64,000 bases of DNA, from positions 1-64,000 of IMG/VR virus record IMGVR_UViG_3300013005_000001; one strand, given 5' to 3'. Shown here piece after piece: positions 42,944 to 51,121 of this stretch. The position numbers and the translations under genes were made by a program. How positions within the stretch are numbered: position 1 is the first letter of the stretch; every line of letters starts with the position of its first letter. A model generated the notes under the pieces. It saw nothing but the letters and a program-made list of their open reading frames with translations. It ran no database searches and was not told the origin of the DNA.

Positions 42944-43153
42944 ATGTATATAGGGCATTATAAGTCTGTTAATTCTAGTCAAGAATTTTATTCTTTAGCT
43001 AGAGAAAATTTAGACTTTCCAACTCAGGCAGAATACAATAAGTCTCGATACCTATTGCAGGTGACTTATTCAGTTCCTTCTAAGTCTATGGAAGAAAGAA
43101 TTATTACTAGAGCAAAAGAGTTGGGAATACCAACTGGCGTCAAGGTAGACTAG
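42944..43153 (+). CDS. Small hypothetical protein
   Basis: SD AGGAG; 69 aa. Confidence 0.55.
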   Translation: MYIGHYKSVNSSQEFYSLARENLDFPTQAEYNKSRYLLQVTYSVPSKSMEERIITRAKELGIPTGVKVD

Positions 43154-43160
43154 GTTCTGT

Positions 43161-43595
43161 GTGAGTATTGAAGTTTTTTGCGACGGAGCATCTAGAGGGC
43201 AGGGCCAGAAAAAAGTTGGAGAAGCTTCATGTGCAGCTGTTATTTATAAGAATAGAAAAAAGGTTGCGCAGTTTGCCAGAGGTTTAGGACCTAGGTCCAA
43301 TAACGAAGCGGAGTATGAAGCAGTTATAGCAGGCCTGCTAATGTGTTCAATGTCAGATTTAAAAGATCCAATAATTTACACTGACTCAGCTGTAGTGGCA
43401 AACCACATCTCTGGCCAATGGAGATGCAAAAACGCATCGCTGTTGCCACTGCTAATGACAGTTGAAGATATTAGACAAGAGTATCCATTTAGAGTTCTTC
43501 AGGTCCCTAGAGCCTTTGTTTGGGAAGCGGACATGTTAGCCAATGAATTTTTGGATCAACTAAAAGAAAGAAAAACACAAAACACCGATAAGTAG
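43161..43595 (+). CDS. rnhA: Ribonuclease HI
   Basis: DGASRG, NNEAEYEAVIAGL, TDS, VPR, AD.LAN. Confidence 0.85.
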   Translation: MSIEVFCDGASRGQGQKKVGEASCAAVIYKNRKKVAQFARGLGPRSNNEAEYEAVIAGLLMCSMSDLKDPIIYTDSAVVANHISGQWRCKNASLLPLLMTVEDIRQEYPFRVLQVPRAFVWEADMLANEFLDQLKERKTQNTDK

Positions 43596-43614
43596 GTGAT
43601 ATAATGTTGGTATT

Positions 43615-44400
43615 ATGTTAGAAAATTTTAAAAAAGAACAACCAATCATAATAGGTCTAGCTGGAAAAGCAGGCAGTGGTAAGACTTCTGTAGCTGAGCA
43701 CCTTGTTCCCAAGGGCTCTATAGAGACTTCTATGTACGGAATGAAATGGGATCATATATTTTATGCCCTACCGTTATATGAATTGTCTTCCATCAAAAGA
43801 TCTATAATGGGCATCAACGAAAAAAATAGACAACTCTACGCAATACATGACGTATTGTTTGACATATATGGGGGCTCACCTATCGGCACGATGCCAGGCT
43901 ATGAAGACCTCATCAATAGGACTAAGCAGATTCACTCCCTTGATATAGAACCCGAAGAATATAAGCCTAGATCATTTCTCCAAAAAGCTGGAGACATTTG
44001 CAGAGATGGCTTTGAAGACTGCTTTGCTAAATGGGGTGTATCTAAATCCCTTAAGCTTTATCAGTCTTATTACAAGTCATTGTCAGAAGATGAACAAGAA
44101 CTCCCTTTTGCAGTTATTATATCTGATGTAAGATTCTTAAACGAAGCAGAGAAAATATTAAATCAACCAAACGGAATAGTGATATGTTTTGATGCTGATC
44201 AGCAGACTCTGGATGATAGAATTCTCAAAAGAGATGGAAGACTTATGAGTGATGAACAAAGAAATCATAAGTCAGAACAAGAAATGGAAATGGTACAAAG
44301 AGTGGCTACCCACACTATAAACACAAGTAATATGACAGTACAGGAACAGGCACTAGAAACACTTAAAGTTATTGGCCTACTAAAGGAGCAAAATGCCTAA
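43615..44400 (+). CDS. Deoxynucleoside monophosphate kinase
   Basis: IGLAGKAGSGKT, R.FLQ..G, IISDVRF.NE, HKSE. Confidence 0.8.
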   Translation: MLENFKKEQPIIIGLAGKAGSGKTSVAEHLVPKGSIETSMYGMKWDHIFYALPLYELSSIKRSIMGINEKNRQLYAIHDVLFDIYGGSPIGTMPGYEDLINRTKQIHSLDIEPEEYKPRSFLQKAGDICRDGFEDCFAKWGVSKSLKLYQSYYKSLSEDEQELPFAVIISDVRFLNEAEKILNQPNGIVICFDADQQTLDDRILKRDGRLMSDEQRNHKSEQEMEMVQRVATHTINTSNMTVQEQALETLKVIGLLKEQNA

Positions 44401-44713
44401 GGTAAGCCAAAATGCACACGAACAATCAATAGACTCTCCAATAAACCAGGTGGTAAACTTAATGGCTCAAGAAGTAACAATATCAACAAACCCAGTATTC
44501 ATATGTGGCGTAAACCGCAAAGTAAACATCGGTAATTTTGAAAACATAGATGTATATGCAGGCGTGACAATACCCTTAGTAAACATAGATCCTTCAGATA
44601 AGGAAGCTTTGTCTGAGGCTATTAAAGAAGCTGCTGCAGATGGCTTTGCCTTGGTTTCTAGAGAAACTGGTGAGCGATATACACTAATTAAAGATTCTCA
44701 GCAGGGTAAATAA
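44393..44713 (+). CDS. Hypothetical protein
   Basis: SD AAGGAG; 106 aa. Confidence 0.55.
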   Translation: MPKVSQNAHEQSIDSPINQVVNLMAQEVTISTNPVFICGVNRKVNIGNFENIDVYAGVTIPLVNIDPSDKEALSEAIKEAAADGFALVSRETGERYTLIKDSQQGK

Positions 44714-44793
44714 TATTGTCCAATACTTGCTTTTTGCAAAAAAAAGGTGTATTATAAAGGTTGAATTAATTCAACTTATTACAAGAGGTAAAA

Positions 44794-45087
44794 ATGATCA
44801 AAAAGTTAGCTAACAAATTAAGCTCTCTTCTTCTTTCTTTTAAGAAAAAGAGTCCTAAATCTGCTCAAGATAAAGTCATCAATTCTATTATTGATAGAGC
44901 CACAAAAGACATTGCAGATGTCGCAGAAGTAGCGGATGAAGCTGTTTCCAAGGTCGCCAAAACGGCAACTGAGGAAGGCAAGAAGGTAGCAAAGGCTGTT
45001 GAAACTAAAGTTCCAAAAGCAGCTGCTAAAGCTAAGCCTGCTTCTGAAACTGCAAAGCCTAAGGGTAGACCAAAGAAGAGCGCTTAA
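44794..45087 (+). CDS. Lys/Ala-rich small protein
   Basis: SD GAGG; histone-H1-like tail KAAAKAKPA...KPKGRPKK. Confidence 0.6.
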   Translation: MIKKLANKLSSLLLSFKKKSPKSAQDKVINSIIDRATKDIADVAEVADEAVSKVAKTATEEGKKVAKAVETKVPKAAAKAKPASETAKPKGRPKKSA

Positions 45088-45100
45088 TACTAGTCTTATT

Positions 45101-45143
45101 AAAGATCCCCTTAGATTTAAAAGTTTAAGGGGATCTTTTTTTT
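45101..45143 (+). terminator. Intrinsic terminator
   Basis: AAAGATCCCCTTA / TAAGGGGATCTTT stem plus T run. Confidence 0.75.
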
Positions 45144-45158
45144 GTTACTATACTACTT

Positions 45159-45296
45159 ATGTCTAAAGCTCAATTCAGAAGAATAATTAAAGGTAACTGG
45201 TCAAATTCTGATGAGGGAAAAAGGGAAGATACTGTTGAGCCTGCACAGGAACAAGGTAGTATCATCCCAATAGAAGAAGATCTAGCCACTAGTTAA
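45159..45296 (+). CDS. Small hypothetical protein (45 aa)
   Basis: ATG 6 nt after the TTACTATA box; MSKAQFRRIIKG... Confidence 0.4.
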   Translation: MSKAQFRRIIKGNWSNSDEGKREDTVEPAQEQGSIIPIEEDLATS

Positions 45297-45313
45297 ATCG
45301 AGAAGAAGAGATA

Positions 45314-45508
45314 ATGGCGATAAAAAAAGTAGTTGGAATAAGCGGTTTTAAGTATGCAACTAAACCAAAAATGGGTACAAGTAATGTATTCAATGGTTTA
45401 TTTTTAAATGCGTACGGAGAAAAGAAGATAGCGAAAGCTTCTAAAAAAGAACAAACAAAAACGAAAGGCAAAACCAAAAATGGCAAAAGCAAAAAAAGCA
45501 AAAAGTAG
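45314..45508 (+). CDS. Small basic protein
   Basis: 64 aa, Lys-rich. Confidence 0.5.
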   Translation: MAIKKVVGISGFKYATKPKMGTSNVFNGLFLNAYGEKKIAKASKKEQTKTKGKTKNGKSKKSKK

Positions 45509-45617
45509 TTCTGCACCAAAGGGTGGAGCAGCTCCGAAGCTAACTCCAGGCTTCATGTATGGAACAATGCCTAACGCCTCAGCTCCTAAAGCTGCTGGTA
45601 AAAGCAAAAAAAAGTAA
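45480..45617 (+). CDS. Small basic protein (45 aa, not in track)
   Basis: MAKAKKAKSSSAPKGGAAPKLTPGFMYGTMPNASAPKAAGKSKKK. Confidence 0.5.
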   Translation: MAKAKKAKSSSAPKGGAAPKLTPGFMYGTMPNASAPKAAGKSKKK

Positions 45618-45637
45618 ATCTTGATTAAGACAACAAG

Positions 45638-45871
45638 ATGGAACCAACTATCACCGTTGCCTTAATTGCTGCCGTAGGCGCTATTTTAGCTTCTCTAGTG
45701 CAGAGGGGTAGAAAAGAAAACAAGGACGACCACAATGTGGTAGCTAACTTGCTTGTAAATGTAAAAGATGATATCATTCATTTACATCAAAAACTAGATC
45801 ACTTAGATGATCAAGTTGATAAGGTCGACGATAAGATTGATGTACATCTTAAATCTCATCGTGGAAAATAA
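45638..45871 (+). CDS. Single-TM plus coiled-coil small protein
   Basis: ITVALIAAVGAILASLV then heptad LDHLDDQVDKVDDKI. Confidence 0.6.
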   Translation: MEPTITVALIAAVGAILASLVQRGRKENKDDHNVVANLLVNVKDDIIHLHQKLDHLDDQVDKVDDKIDVHLKSHRGK

Positions 45872-45900
45872 TACTAGTATTAAATCAAGGAGAAAATAAA

Positions 45901-46131
45901 ATGGCAATGAAGAAAGCCTCAAAGAAAATGTCAAAAGGCGGAAGCGTTTCTGCTCCAGAGCCAAGCGTAAGCACGGGTCAGGCAAAGCAGGGCGTTCGCC
46001 CAATCAAAGACACTAAGGGTAAGAACATCGAGAAAAAAGGTACTTCGGCTCCTAAGCCAACAGTAAGTACTGGTCAGATGAAAGTCGCTAAGCGTCCAAT
46101 CAAGGACTCTAAGGGCAAAGTAATAGGCTAA
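45901..46131 (+). CDS. Small basic protein with internal duplication
   Basis: SD AAGGAG; SAPEPSVSTGQ...RPIKDTKGK / SAPKPTVSTGQ...RPIKDSKGK. Confidence 0.65.
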   Translation: MAMKKASKKMSKGGSVSAPEPSVSTGQAKQGVRPIKDTKGKNIEKKGTSAPKPTVSTGQMKVAKRPIKDSKGKVIG

Positions 46132-46229
46132 TAATACATAAATCATAATATTTGGTTTACGTTAGAAATTTATATGGAGGTGGTACTATATGTGTATTAC
46201 CTCCATATATCTTTATAAGAGGAGTGCAA

Positions 46230-46424
46230 ATGGCATCAAAAAAGAATTGGATCCAGGGAGCGATTAAACGACCAGGAGCCTTTACTGCTAAAGCTAAAAA
46301 AGCTGGCAAATCAGTTGCAGGAATGGCAGCAGCTGTTTCAAAGAATCCAAGCAAATATAGTCCAAGAACTGTTAAGCAAGCAAATCTTGCTAAGACACTT
46401 AGAAAAATAAATAAAGGAAAATAA
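46230..46424 (+). CDS. Small basic protein
   Basis: SD GAGGAG; MASKKNWIQGAIKRPGAFTAKAK...ANLAKTLRK. Confidence 0.65.
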   Translation: MASKKNWIQGAIKRPGAFTAKAKKAGKSVAGMAAAVSKNPSKYSPRTVKQANLAKTLRKINKGK

Positions 46425-46425
46425 A

Positions 46426-46596
46426 ATGGCTGCAAAGAAACCAAAATCCTCTGTCTATAACAACGCTAACAAAGTTTTGAATGATGAGATAGATGGATCA
46501 AAGAATGCTCCAAAAGCAAAAAAGTATGGACGTGAGGCATCAAGTGCTAAAACGTTTAGCTCAAAAATTAAAACAACAAACAAAAAGAAAAAGTAG
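46426..46596 (+). CDS. Small basic protein (56 aa, not in track)
   Basis: SD AAGGA; MAAKKPKSS...TNKKKK. Confidence 0.55.
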   Translation: MAAKKPKSSVYNNANKVLNDEIDGSKNAPKAKKYGREASSAKTFSSKIKTTNKKKK

Positions 46597-46605
46597 GATA
46601 ATATT

Positions 46606-46758
46606 ATGGCAATGAAAAAAGCTTCCGCAAAAAAAATGATGGCTAAACCAGCTGCTAAACCAGCAGCTAAAATGAGTGGCATGACTGCAGCACAGAAGCA
46701 GTTGCCACCTTTCATCCAAAAAGCTATTGCAGCTAAAAAAGCAGCAAAGAAAAAATAA
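46606..46758 (+). CDS. Small Lys/Ala-rich protein (50 aa, not in track)
   Basis: MAMKKASAKKMMAKPAAKPAAKMSGMTAAQKQLPPFIQKAIAAKKAAKKK. Confidence 0.6.
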   Translation: MAMKKASAKKMMAKPAAKPAAKMSGMTAAQKQLPPFIQKAIAAKKAAKKK

Positions 46759-46776
46759 CTTTTAAGGAGATAAGAT

Positions 46777-46992
46777 ATGGGATTATTTGGTGGACTGTCA
46801 GGTTTTTCCTCATTTGGAATGAGCTATGACGAAATAGAAGCTCAAAGAGTAGCAGCCCAAAAGATGGGTAGATCTTCTGGGGCTCAAGCAGGAGTTGCTA
46901 GAGTCGGTAAAACAGTTGGTAGATCTTCTGGGGGCGCAAAATTCTTTGGACAGGTAATGAAAGCTTTCAAGTCAATGGGACCGATGGGCTGA
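46777..46992 (+). CDS. Small Gly-rich protein
   Basis: SD AAGGAG; duplicated GRSSG. Confidence 0.55.
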   Translation: MGLFGGLSGFSSFGMSYDEIEAQRVAAQKMGRSSGAQAGVARVGKTVGRSSGGAKFFGQVMKAFKSMGPMG

Positions 46993-46993
46993 T

Positions 46994-47260
46994 ATGGCTA
47001 AGTCTCCAACGTGGCAAAGGAAAGCAGGAAAAAATCCTAAGGGTGGCTTGAATGCAAAAGGTCGAGCATCCTACAATAAAGCTACTGGTGGAAACCTTAA
47101 GCCACCAGTGTCAGCAAAGCAAGCAGCCTCTAGTCCTAAGGCAGCAGCACGACGTAAGTCGTTCTGTGCAAGGATGAGCGGTATGCCAGGTCCTGCAAAA
47201 AAACCTAATGGTAAACCAACCCGCAAAACATTGGCACTAAGAAAATGGGATTGCAAATAA
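46994..47260 (+). CDS. Small basic phage protein
   Basis: WQRKAGKNPKGGLNAKGRAS...RRKSFCARM...LALRKWDC, a motif set I recognise from aquatic phages. Confidence 0.65.
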   Translation: MAKSPTWQRKAGKNPKGGLNAKGRASYNKATGGNLKPPVSAKQAASSPKAAARRKSFCARMSGMPGPAKKPNGKPTRKTLALRKWDCK

Positions 47261-47261
47261 C

Positions 47262-47441
47262 ATGGCTAAAGTAAATAAACCAACAAAGGCAGCTTTGTGG
47301 TCTTCGGCAAAATCACAAGCTAAATCTAAGTTTGATGTGTACCCTTCAGCCTATGCTAATGCGTGGGCTGCAAAGAAGTATAAGTCAATGGGTGGAACTT
47401 GGAAAACTGTTTCTGCTAAAAAAGCTGCAAAGAAAAAGTAG
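47262..47441 (+). CDS. Small basic phage protein (59 aa, not in track)
   Basis: AKSKFDVYPSAYANAWAAKKYKSMGGTW. Confidence 0.65.
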   Translation: MAKVNKPTKAALWSSAKSQAKSKFDVYPSAYANAWAAKKYKSMGGTWKTVSAKKAAKKK

Positions 47442-47449
47442 TTTAAACA

Positions 47450-47563
47450 ATGGCGTGCTGGAAGGGTTATTCTGCTAAGGGCATGAAGGTAAAGGGTGGA
47501 AAACTAGTTCCTAACTGCACACCTGCCAAGAAATCTAAGCAGTCAAAGAGTGGGAAAAAGTAA
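47450..47563 (+). CDS. CWxGY mini-protein (37 aa, not in track)
   Basis: MACWKGYSAKGMKVKGGKLVPNCTP. Confidence 0.6.
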   Translation: MACWKGYSAKGMKVKGGKLVPNCTPAKKSKQSKSGKK

Positions 47564-47564
47564 T

Positions 47565-47846
47565 ATGCCAGGCCCTAAAGGTGTTGGATTAACTAAATGG
47601 TTTGACCAGAAGTGGGTCAACATAGGCGCTCCCAAAAAGGGTGGTAAGCTTCAACCATGTGGAACATCTGGTGCTGGTGGATCTGGGTATGCAAAATGTG
47701 TACCTGCTGCTAAGGCAGCATCTATGAGTGCTTCTCAAAAAAAGAGTGCAGTAACCAGAAAAAGAAAATCCGGTACACCAGAAAAGGGAACCAAAGGTCA
47801 ACCTCCTAAAAATGTTTCTACCTTTGTTAAAAAGAAAAACAAATAA
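47565..47846 (+). CDS. Small basic phage protein
   Basis: GLTKWFDQKWVNI...PCG...KCVP..KA..MS. Confidence 0.65.
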   Translation: MPGPKGVGLTKWFDQKWVNIGAPKKGGKLQPCGTSGAGGSGYAKCVPAAKAASMSASQKKSAVTRKRKSGTPEKGTKGQPPKNVSTFVKKKNK

Positions 47847-47847
47847 A

Positions 47848-48060
47848 ATGGATAACGAAGAATCCTTTAGTGGTTTCATGCCTATGATAGAGCAGATAAA
47901 CTTAACTAAAGAGACATCAATGCTAAGCACTGAGGGTGATCTCACTCATGCTCATACCTTTACCATTAAAACGAGAGATGGTAATGTAAACGTATTCAGT
48001 ATCATGAATGCAGATCTTATGAGATTGTTTTTTTTAATCAATAAAATCATAATAGAATAG
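47848..48060 (+). CDS. Hypothetical protein
   Basis: ATG 1 nt after upstream stop. Confidence 0.5.
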   Translation: MDNEESFSGFMPMIEQINLTKETSMLSTEGDLTHAHTFTIKTRDGNVNVFSIMNADLMRLFFLINKIIIE

Positions 48061-48148
48061 CAATCGAAATGCGCACTACCTTTTTTTTATTAGTATGTTT
48101 AATGTACCTGTCCTTTCTTTGGAAAAGATAATCTGATATAATATATCC

Positions 48149-48385
48149 ATGAGCGAACAAACATGGACATGGTTTTTATTTATCATGGAACTAATAGGTA
48201 TTTCTGGCAGTTATATGGTTGGAAATAAAAAATGGCAAGGGCACTTAATAGTTGCCCTGCATTCTTTTCCCTGGTTTATCTACGCAATCATGTTCAATAA
48301 GCCTGGGTTTATTGCTATGTGGATGCTGTGGCAGTGGGTCCACTGGAGAAATATGTGGAAGTGGAAAAAAGAAAATGTTGAATAG
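48149..48385 (+). CDS. Small Trp-rich membrane protein (PnuC-like half)
   Basis: Three hydrophobic segments; extended -10 TGATATAAT 6 nt upstream. Confidence 0.5.
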   Translation: MSEQTWTWFLFIMELIGISGSYMVGNKKWQGHLIVALHSFPWFIYAIMFNKPGFIAMWMLWQWVHWRNMWKWKKENVE

Positions 48386-49043
48386 AAAAATCTATTGCTT
48401 CTGGGTTGGGCACAACAATCAAGAAATGAATGAAAATAGAAAAGCTGGATTAGCTAGCTTGTTTGTAAATTCAAAAGTAGAAGTTGTTTTGGTTGACAAC
48501 GATAATCTTCATTCGTATATTTTAGATGACCACCCACTTCACGAAGGCTTTCAGTATCTTTCAGACGTACACAAGGCAGACTACCTAAGAACGTACTTTA
48601 TGCACCATCATGGTGGGGGCTATAGCGACATAAAGCCTTGCTCCTGGGACTGGAATCCATACTTTGATGCCTTAGAAAATAGTTTGGCCTATGGGATTGG
48701 TGCACCTGAAGATGAAGGTGAGCTTAGCGTAACACCGAATCAGAGACCATGGCTAGGTCAACACTGGGACAAGCTAATGACCAATGATCTATATATCTTT
48801 AAACCTTATACAGCTTTTACAGCAAGATGGTATAGCACATTATTGTCAATAATGGATTTTAAATTAGAAAAATTAAAAATGCATCCCGCTAAAAGCTCAA
48901 GAGAAGCTGCAGATACTTTTGTAACTGAGTACCCAATCCAATGGGGCGAGATATTACTAGAAGTGTTTCACCCTTTATGCTATCGTTATACAGATAGATT
49001 AATCAAAACTATGCCCTATCCCGTAACAGTAAACTATAGGTAA
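48375..49043 (+). CDS. Glycosyltransferase (GT32 / capsular polysaccharide synthesis-like)
   Basis: IYCFW.G, HKADYLR..F.HHHGGGYSD. Confidence 0.72.
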   Translation: MLNRKIYCFWVGHNNQEMNENRKAGLASLFVNSKVEVVLVDNDNLHSYILDDHPLHEGFQYLSDVHKADYLRTYFMHHHGGGYSDIKPCSWDWNPYFDALENSLAYGIGAPEDEGELSVTPNQRPWLGQHWDKLMTNDLYIFKPYTAFTARWYSTLLSIMDFKLEKLKMHPAKSSREAADTFVTEYPIQWGEILLEVFHPLCYRYTDRLIKTMPYPVTVNYR

Positions 49044-49046
49044 AAA

Positions 49047-49748
49047 ATGATCGACGATTGGTTTGGCAATACTGTAATATGTACCGCAGTCACTGGTGGA
49101 TATGACTATTCTACTACTCAAGTAGTAACTCCTGGAGTAGATTATATTTACTTTACAGATGGACAATCAATTTTTGACATATCAGATCCATGGACTGTAC
49201 ATATGCTTCCGGATAGTGATTCACACCTAGATAGTAGAAGAAGGTCAAAGAGACCTAAGCTTAATCCACACTCAATAGAAGTATTAAATAAATATAAATA
49301 CTTAATATGGATTGATGGAGAAATTTGTATAAGTAATCCAAACTTTGTTCCTGAAATATTATCTTATATGAAAAATGGATTTGTAGCATCTCCTCACCCA
49401 GACGCCTTAGGAAATCCTGGAAGATATTGTGCTTATGGAGAAGCAACTATTAGACCACCAAAGTACGCCAATGAACCACTGGATGCACAGTGTGATTTCT
49501 ATAGATCAGAAGGATTTCCAGAAGACTATGGACTCTATGCCTGTGGAGTTTCCGCTAGAGACATGACTAATCCAAAAGTCAAAGAGCTTGGCGAACTTTG
49601 GCATCAGCAAAATCTAGAGTGGTCTTACCAGGATCAAGTAAGCTTTCCATATTGTTTATGGAAAGTTGGTTTTAATCCAGACGTACTTCCTAACAGCCTA
49701 TATGATATGGGTTGGCTTTGGTTAAACATACATACGAGAGAAGAGTAA
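49047..49748 (+). CDS. Glycosyltransferase (DUF616-like)
   Basis: TAVTGGYD, YFTD, PKL.PH, IWIDG, HP...C.Y.E, DQVSFPY. Confidence 0.72.
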   Translation: MIDDWFGNTVICTAVTGGYDYSTTQVVTPGVDYIYFTDGQSIFDISDPWTVHMLPDSDSHLDSRRRSKRPKLNPHSIEVLNKYKYLIWIDGEICISNPNFVPEILSYMKNGFVASPHPDALGNPGRYCAYGEATIRPPKYANEPLDAQCDFYRSEGFPEDYGLYACGVSARDMTNPKVKELGELWHQQNLEWSYQDQVSFPYCLWKVGFNPDVLPNSLYDMGWLWLNIHTREE

Positions 49749-49750
49749 AA

Positions 49751-50293
49751 ATGAAAGAATTAAAATTTAACCTTGGAGGAATAGGTAAAGGTGGGCAAGA
49801 GTATAAGACCGTCAACCTAGCTGAGATATGCGACATCGATGCCAACATAATGGATCTTGATTCATTTTGTAAAGATGGAACAGTAGATGAGTTCTACTTG
49901 TCTCACACCCTTGAGCACATTTCTATTTTAGAATACAAAAAGTTTCTTCTTCATATGAAGCAGAAGTTAAAAGATGGCGGAACGATTAAGATTATTCAAA
50001 CAGACATAGGTCGACTCATAAAGATGTGGACAGATGGACAGATAACCTTTAGAACTATGCGAGCCCCAATATTTACTCCAGCTACACGCTGTGATTCGAA
50101 CATACTTCAGCAACACCAAAGCATGTGGTCTCAAGAAGAATTGATTAAGGATTTTAACGCTATTGGCATGAAGGCTGAGGGTTTTGATGCAGGATACTGG
50201 CAGTATGATGTAGAAGACGACATTGTTCCTCAAGACACCAAAAAAGATTTTGGCAAGGACATACCAAACCTTGGCGTAATTGCTACTAAGTAG
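49751..50293 (+). CDS. SAM-dependent methyltransferase-like protein
   Basis: LKFNLGG.G, VDEFYLSHTLEH, LKDGG.I.I. Confidence 0.65.
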   Translation: MKELKFNLGGIGKGGQEYKTVNLAEICDIDANIMDLDSFCKDGTVDEFYLSHTLEHISILEYKKFLLHMKQKLKDGGTIKIIQTDIGRLIKMWTDGQITFRTMRAPIFTPATRCDSNILQQHQSMWSQEELIKDFNAIGMKAEGFDAGYWQYDVEDDIVPQDTKKDFGKDIPNLGVIATK

Positions 50294-50334
50294 CTTACTA
50301 TTATAATATACTTAAGACTAAAAGGAGAAACAAA

Positions 50335-50865
50335 ATGCCAAGAAAATATACAGGAAACTCAGATGGTGATGGCAAGGGCGCAAAGCCTGGCACTCAGAAA
50401 CTAATTGAACTATGCGGAAAGCGTTGGAAGTTCACCAATCTTGGAGCTTACTCAAATCGTTTGATGCGTAACTCCAACACCGCTGGTAAAAAACTAGGCG
50501 ATCCTGGAATGGAAAAGTGGCTATCAGTTCATGCAACAGGTCGTGCATGTGACGTTGGCTATACAGATCGTAAAGCTGCAGTTGAAGCTTGGGATTGGTT
50601 TCTCAAGTATTCAAAAGAGCTTGGCATTGAAGAGATCCATGACTACGCTTTTGATGCTGATAAGGCAGACAAAAACGTTGGCTATGGTCGTGGCTACCGC
50701 TGCTCTCGTGGTGAAGGCTTAAAGGGTGTAAAGAATTACGATGCTAAAGACAACGCAGGTTCGTTTGGTGGCAAATGGCTTCACTTTGAATTATCTCCAG
50801 AAATGGCTAATGACGCCGCAAAGTTTGAAGCAGCATGGAGAGCATTGCCAAAGCCAGGCGCATGA
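50335..50865 (+). CDS. M15-type zinc peptidase (endolysin-like)
   Basis: R...SVHATGRACD...WLHFE zinc-ligand pattern; SD AAGGAG. Confidence 0.72.
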   Translation: MPRKYTGNSDGDGKGAKPGTQKLIELCGKRWKFTNLGAYSNRLMRNSNTAGKKLGDPGMEKWLSVHATGRACDVGYTDRKAAVEAWDWFLKYSKELGIEEIHDYAFDADKADKNVGYGRGYRCSRGEGLKGVKNYDAKDNAGSFGGKWLHFELSPEMANDAAKFEAAWRALPKPGA

Positions 50866-50981
50866 TAAAACACGCAATAGTCATACTAATATTTTTATCA
50901 ATGTTTGCAATGCCTGCGGCTTTGATAGCAATAATTGTAGACACAATAAAAGAATCAGAACCTGACTTTGACATTGATTAG
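50862..50981 (+). CDS. Single-TM peptide (39 aa, not in track)
   Basis: ATGA overlap with peptidase stop; hydrophobic core. Confidence 0.4.
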   Translation: MIKHAIVILIFLSMFAMPAALIAIIVDTIKESEPDFDID

Positions 50982-51019
50982 TATGATACAATAGCCTTCT
51001 TGCAACGGAGGCCGGTGCG

Positions 51020-51060
51020 AAGCCCCAGTAGATTAATTTCTGCTGGGGCTTTTCCCTTTT
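51020..51060 (+). terminator. Intrinsic terminator
   Basis: AAGCCCCAGTAGA / TCTGCTGGGGCTT stem plus T-rich tail. Confidence 0.7.
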
Positions 51061-51121
51061 GGCCGCCGCAAAAAGGTTAATCAGCCCTTACTATTAATAT
51101 TGAACATCGGAGGGCTGACTG

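Noticed and set aside
50968-50992. Canonical TTGACA/-10 promoter pair
   Set aside because: Only 13 nt separate TTGACA and TACAAT; the extended -10 alone is more plausible.
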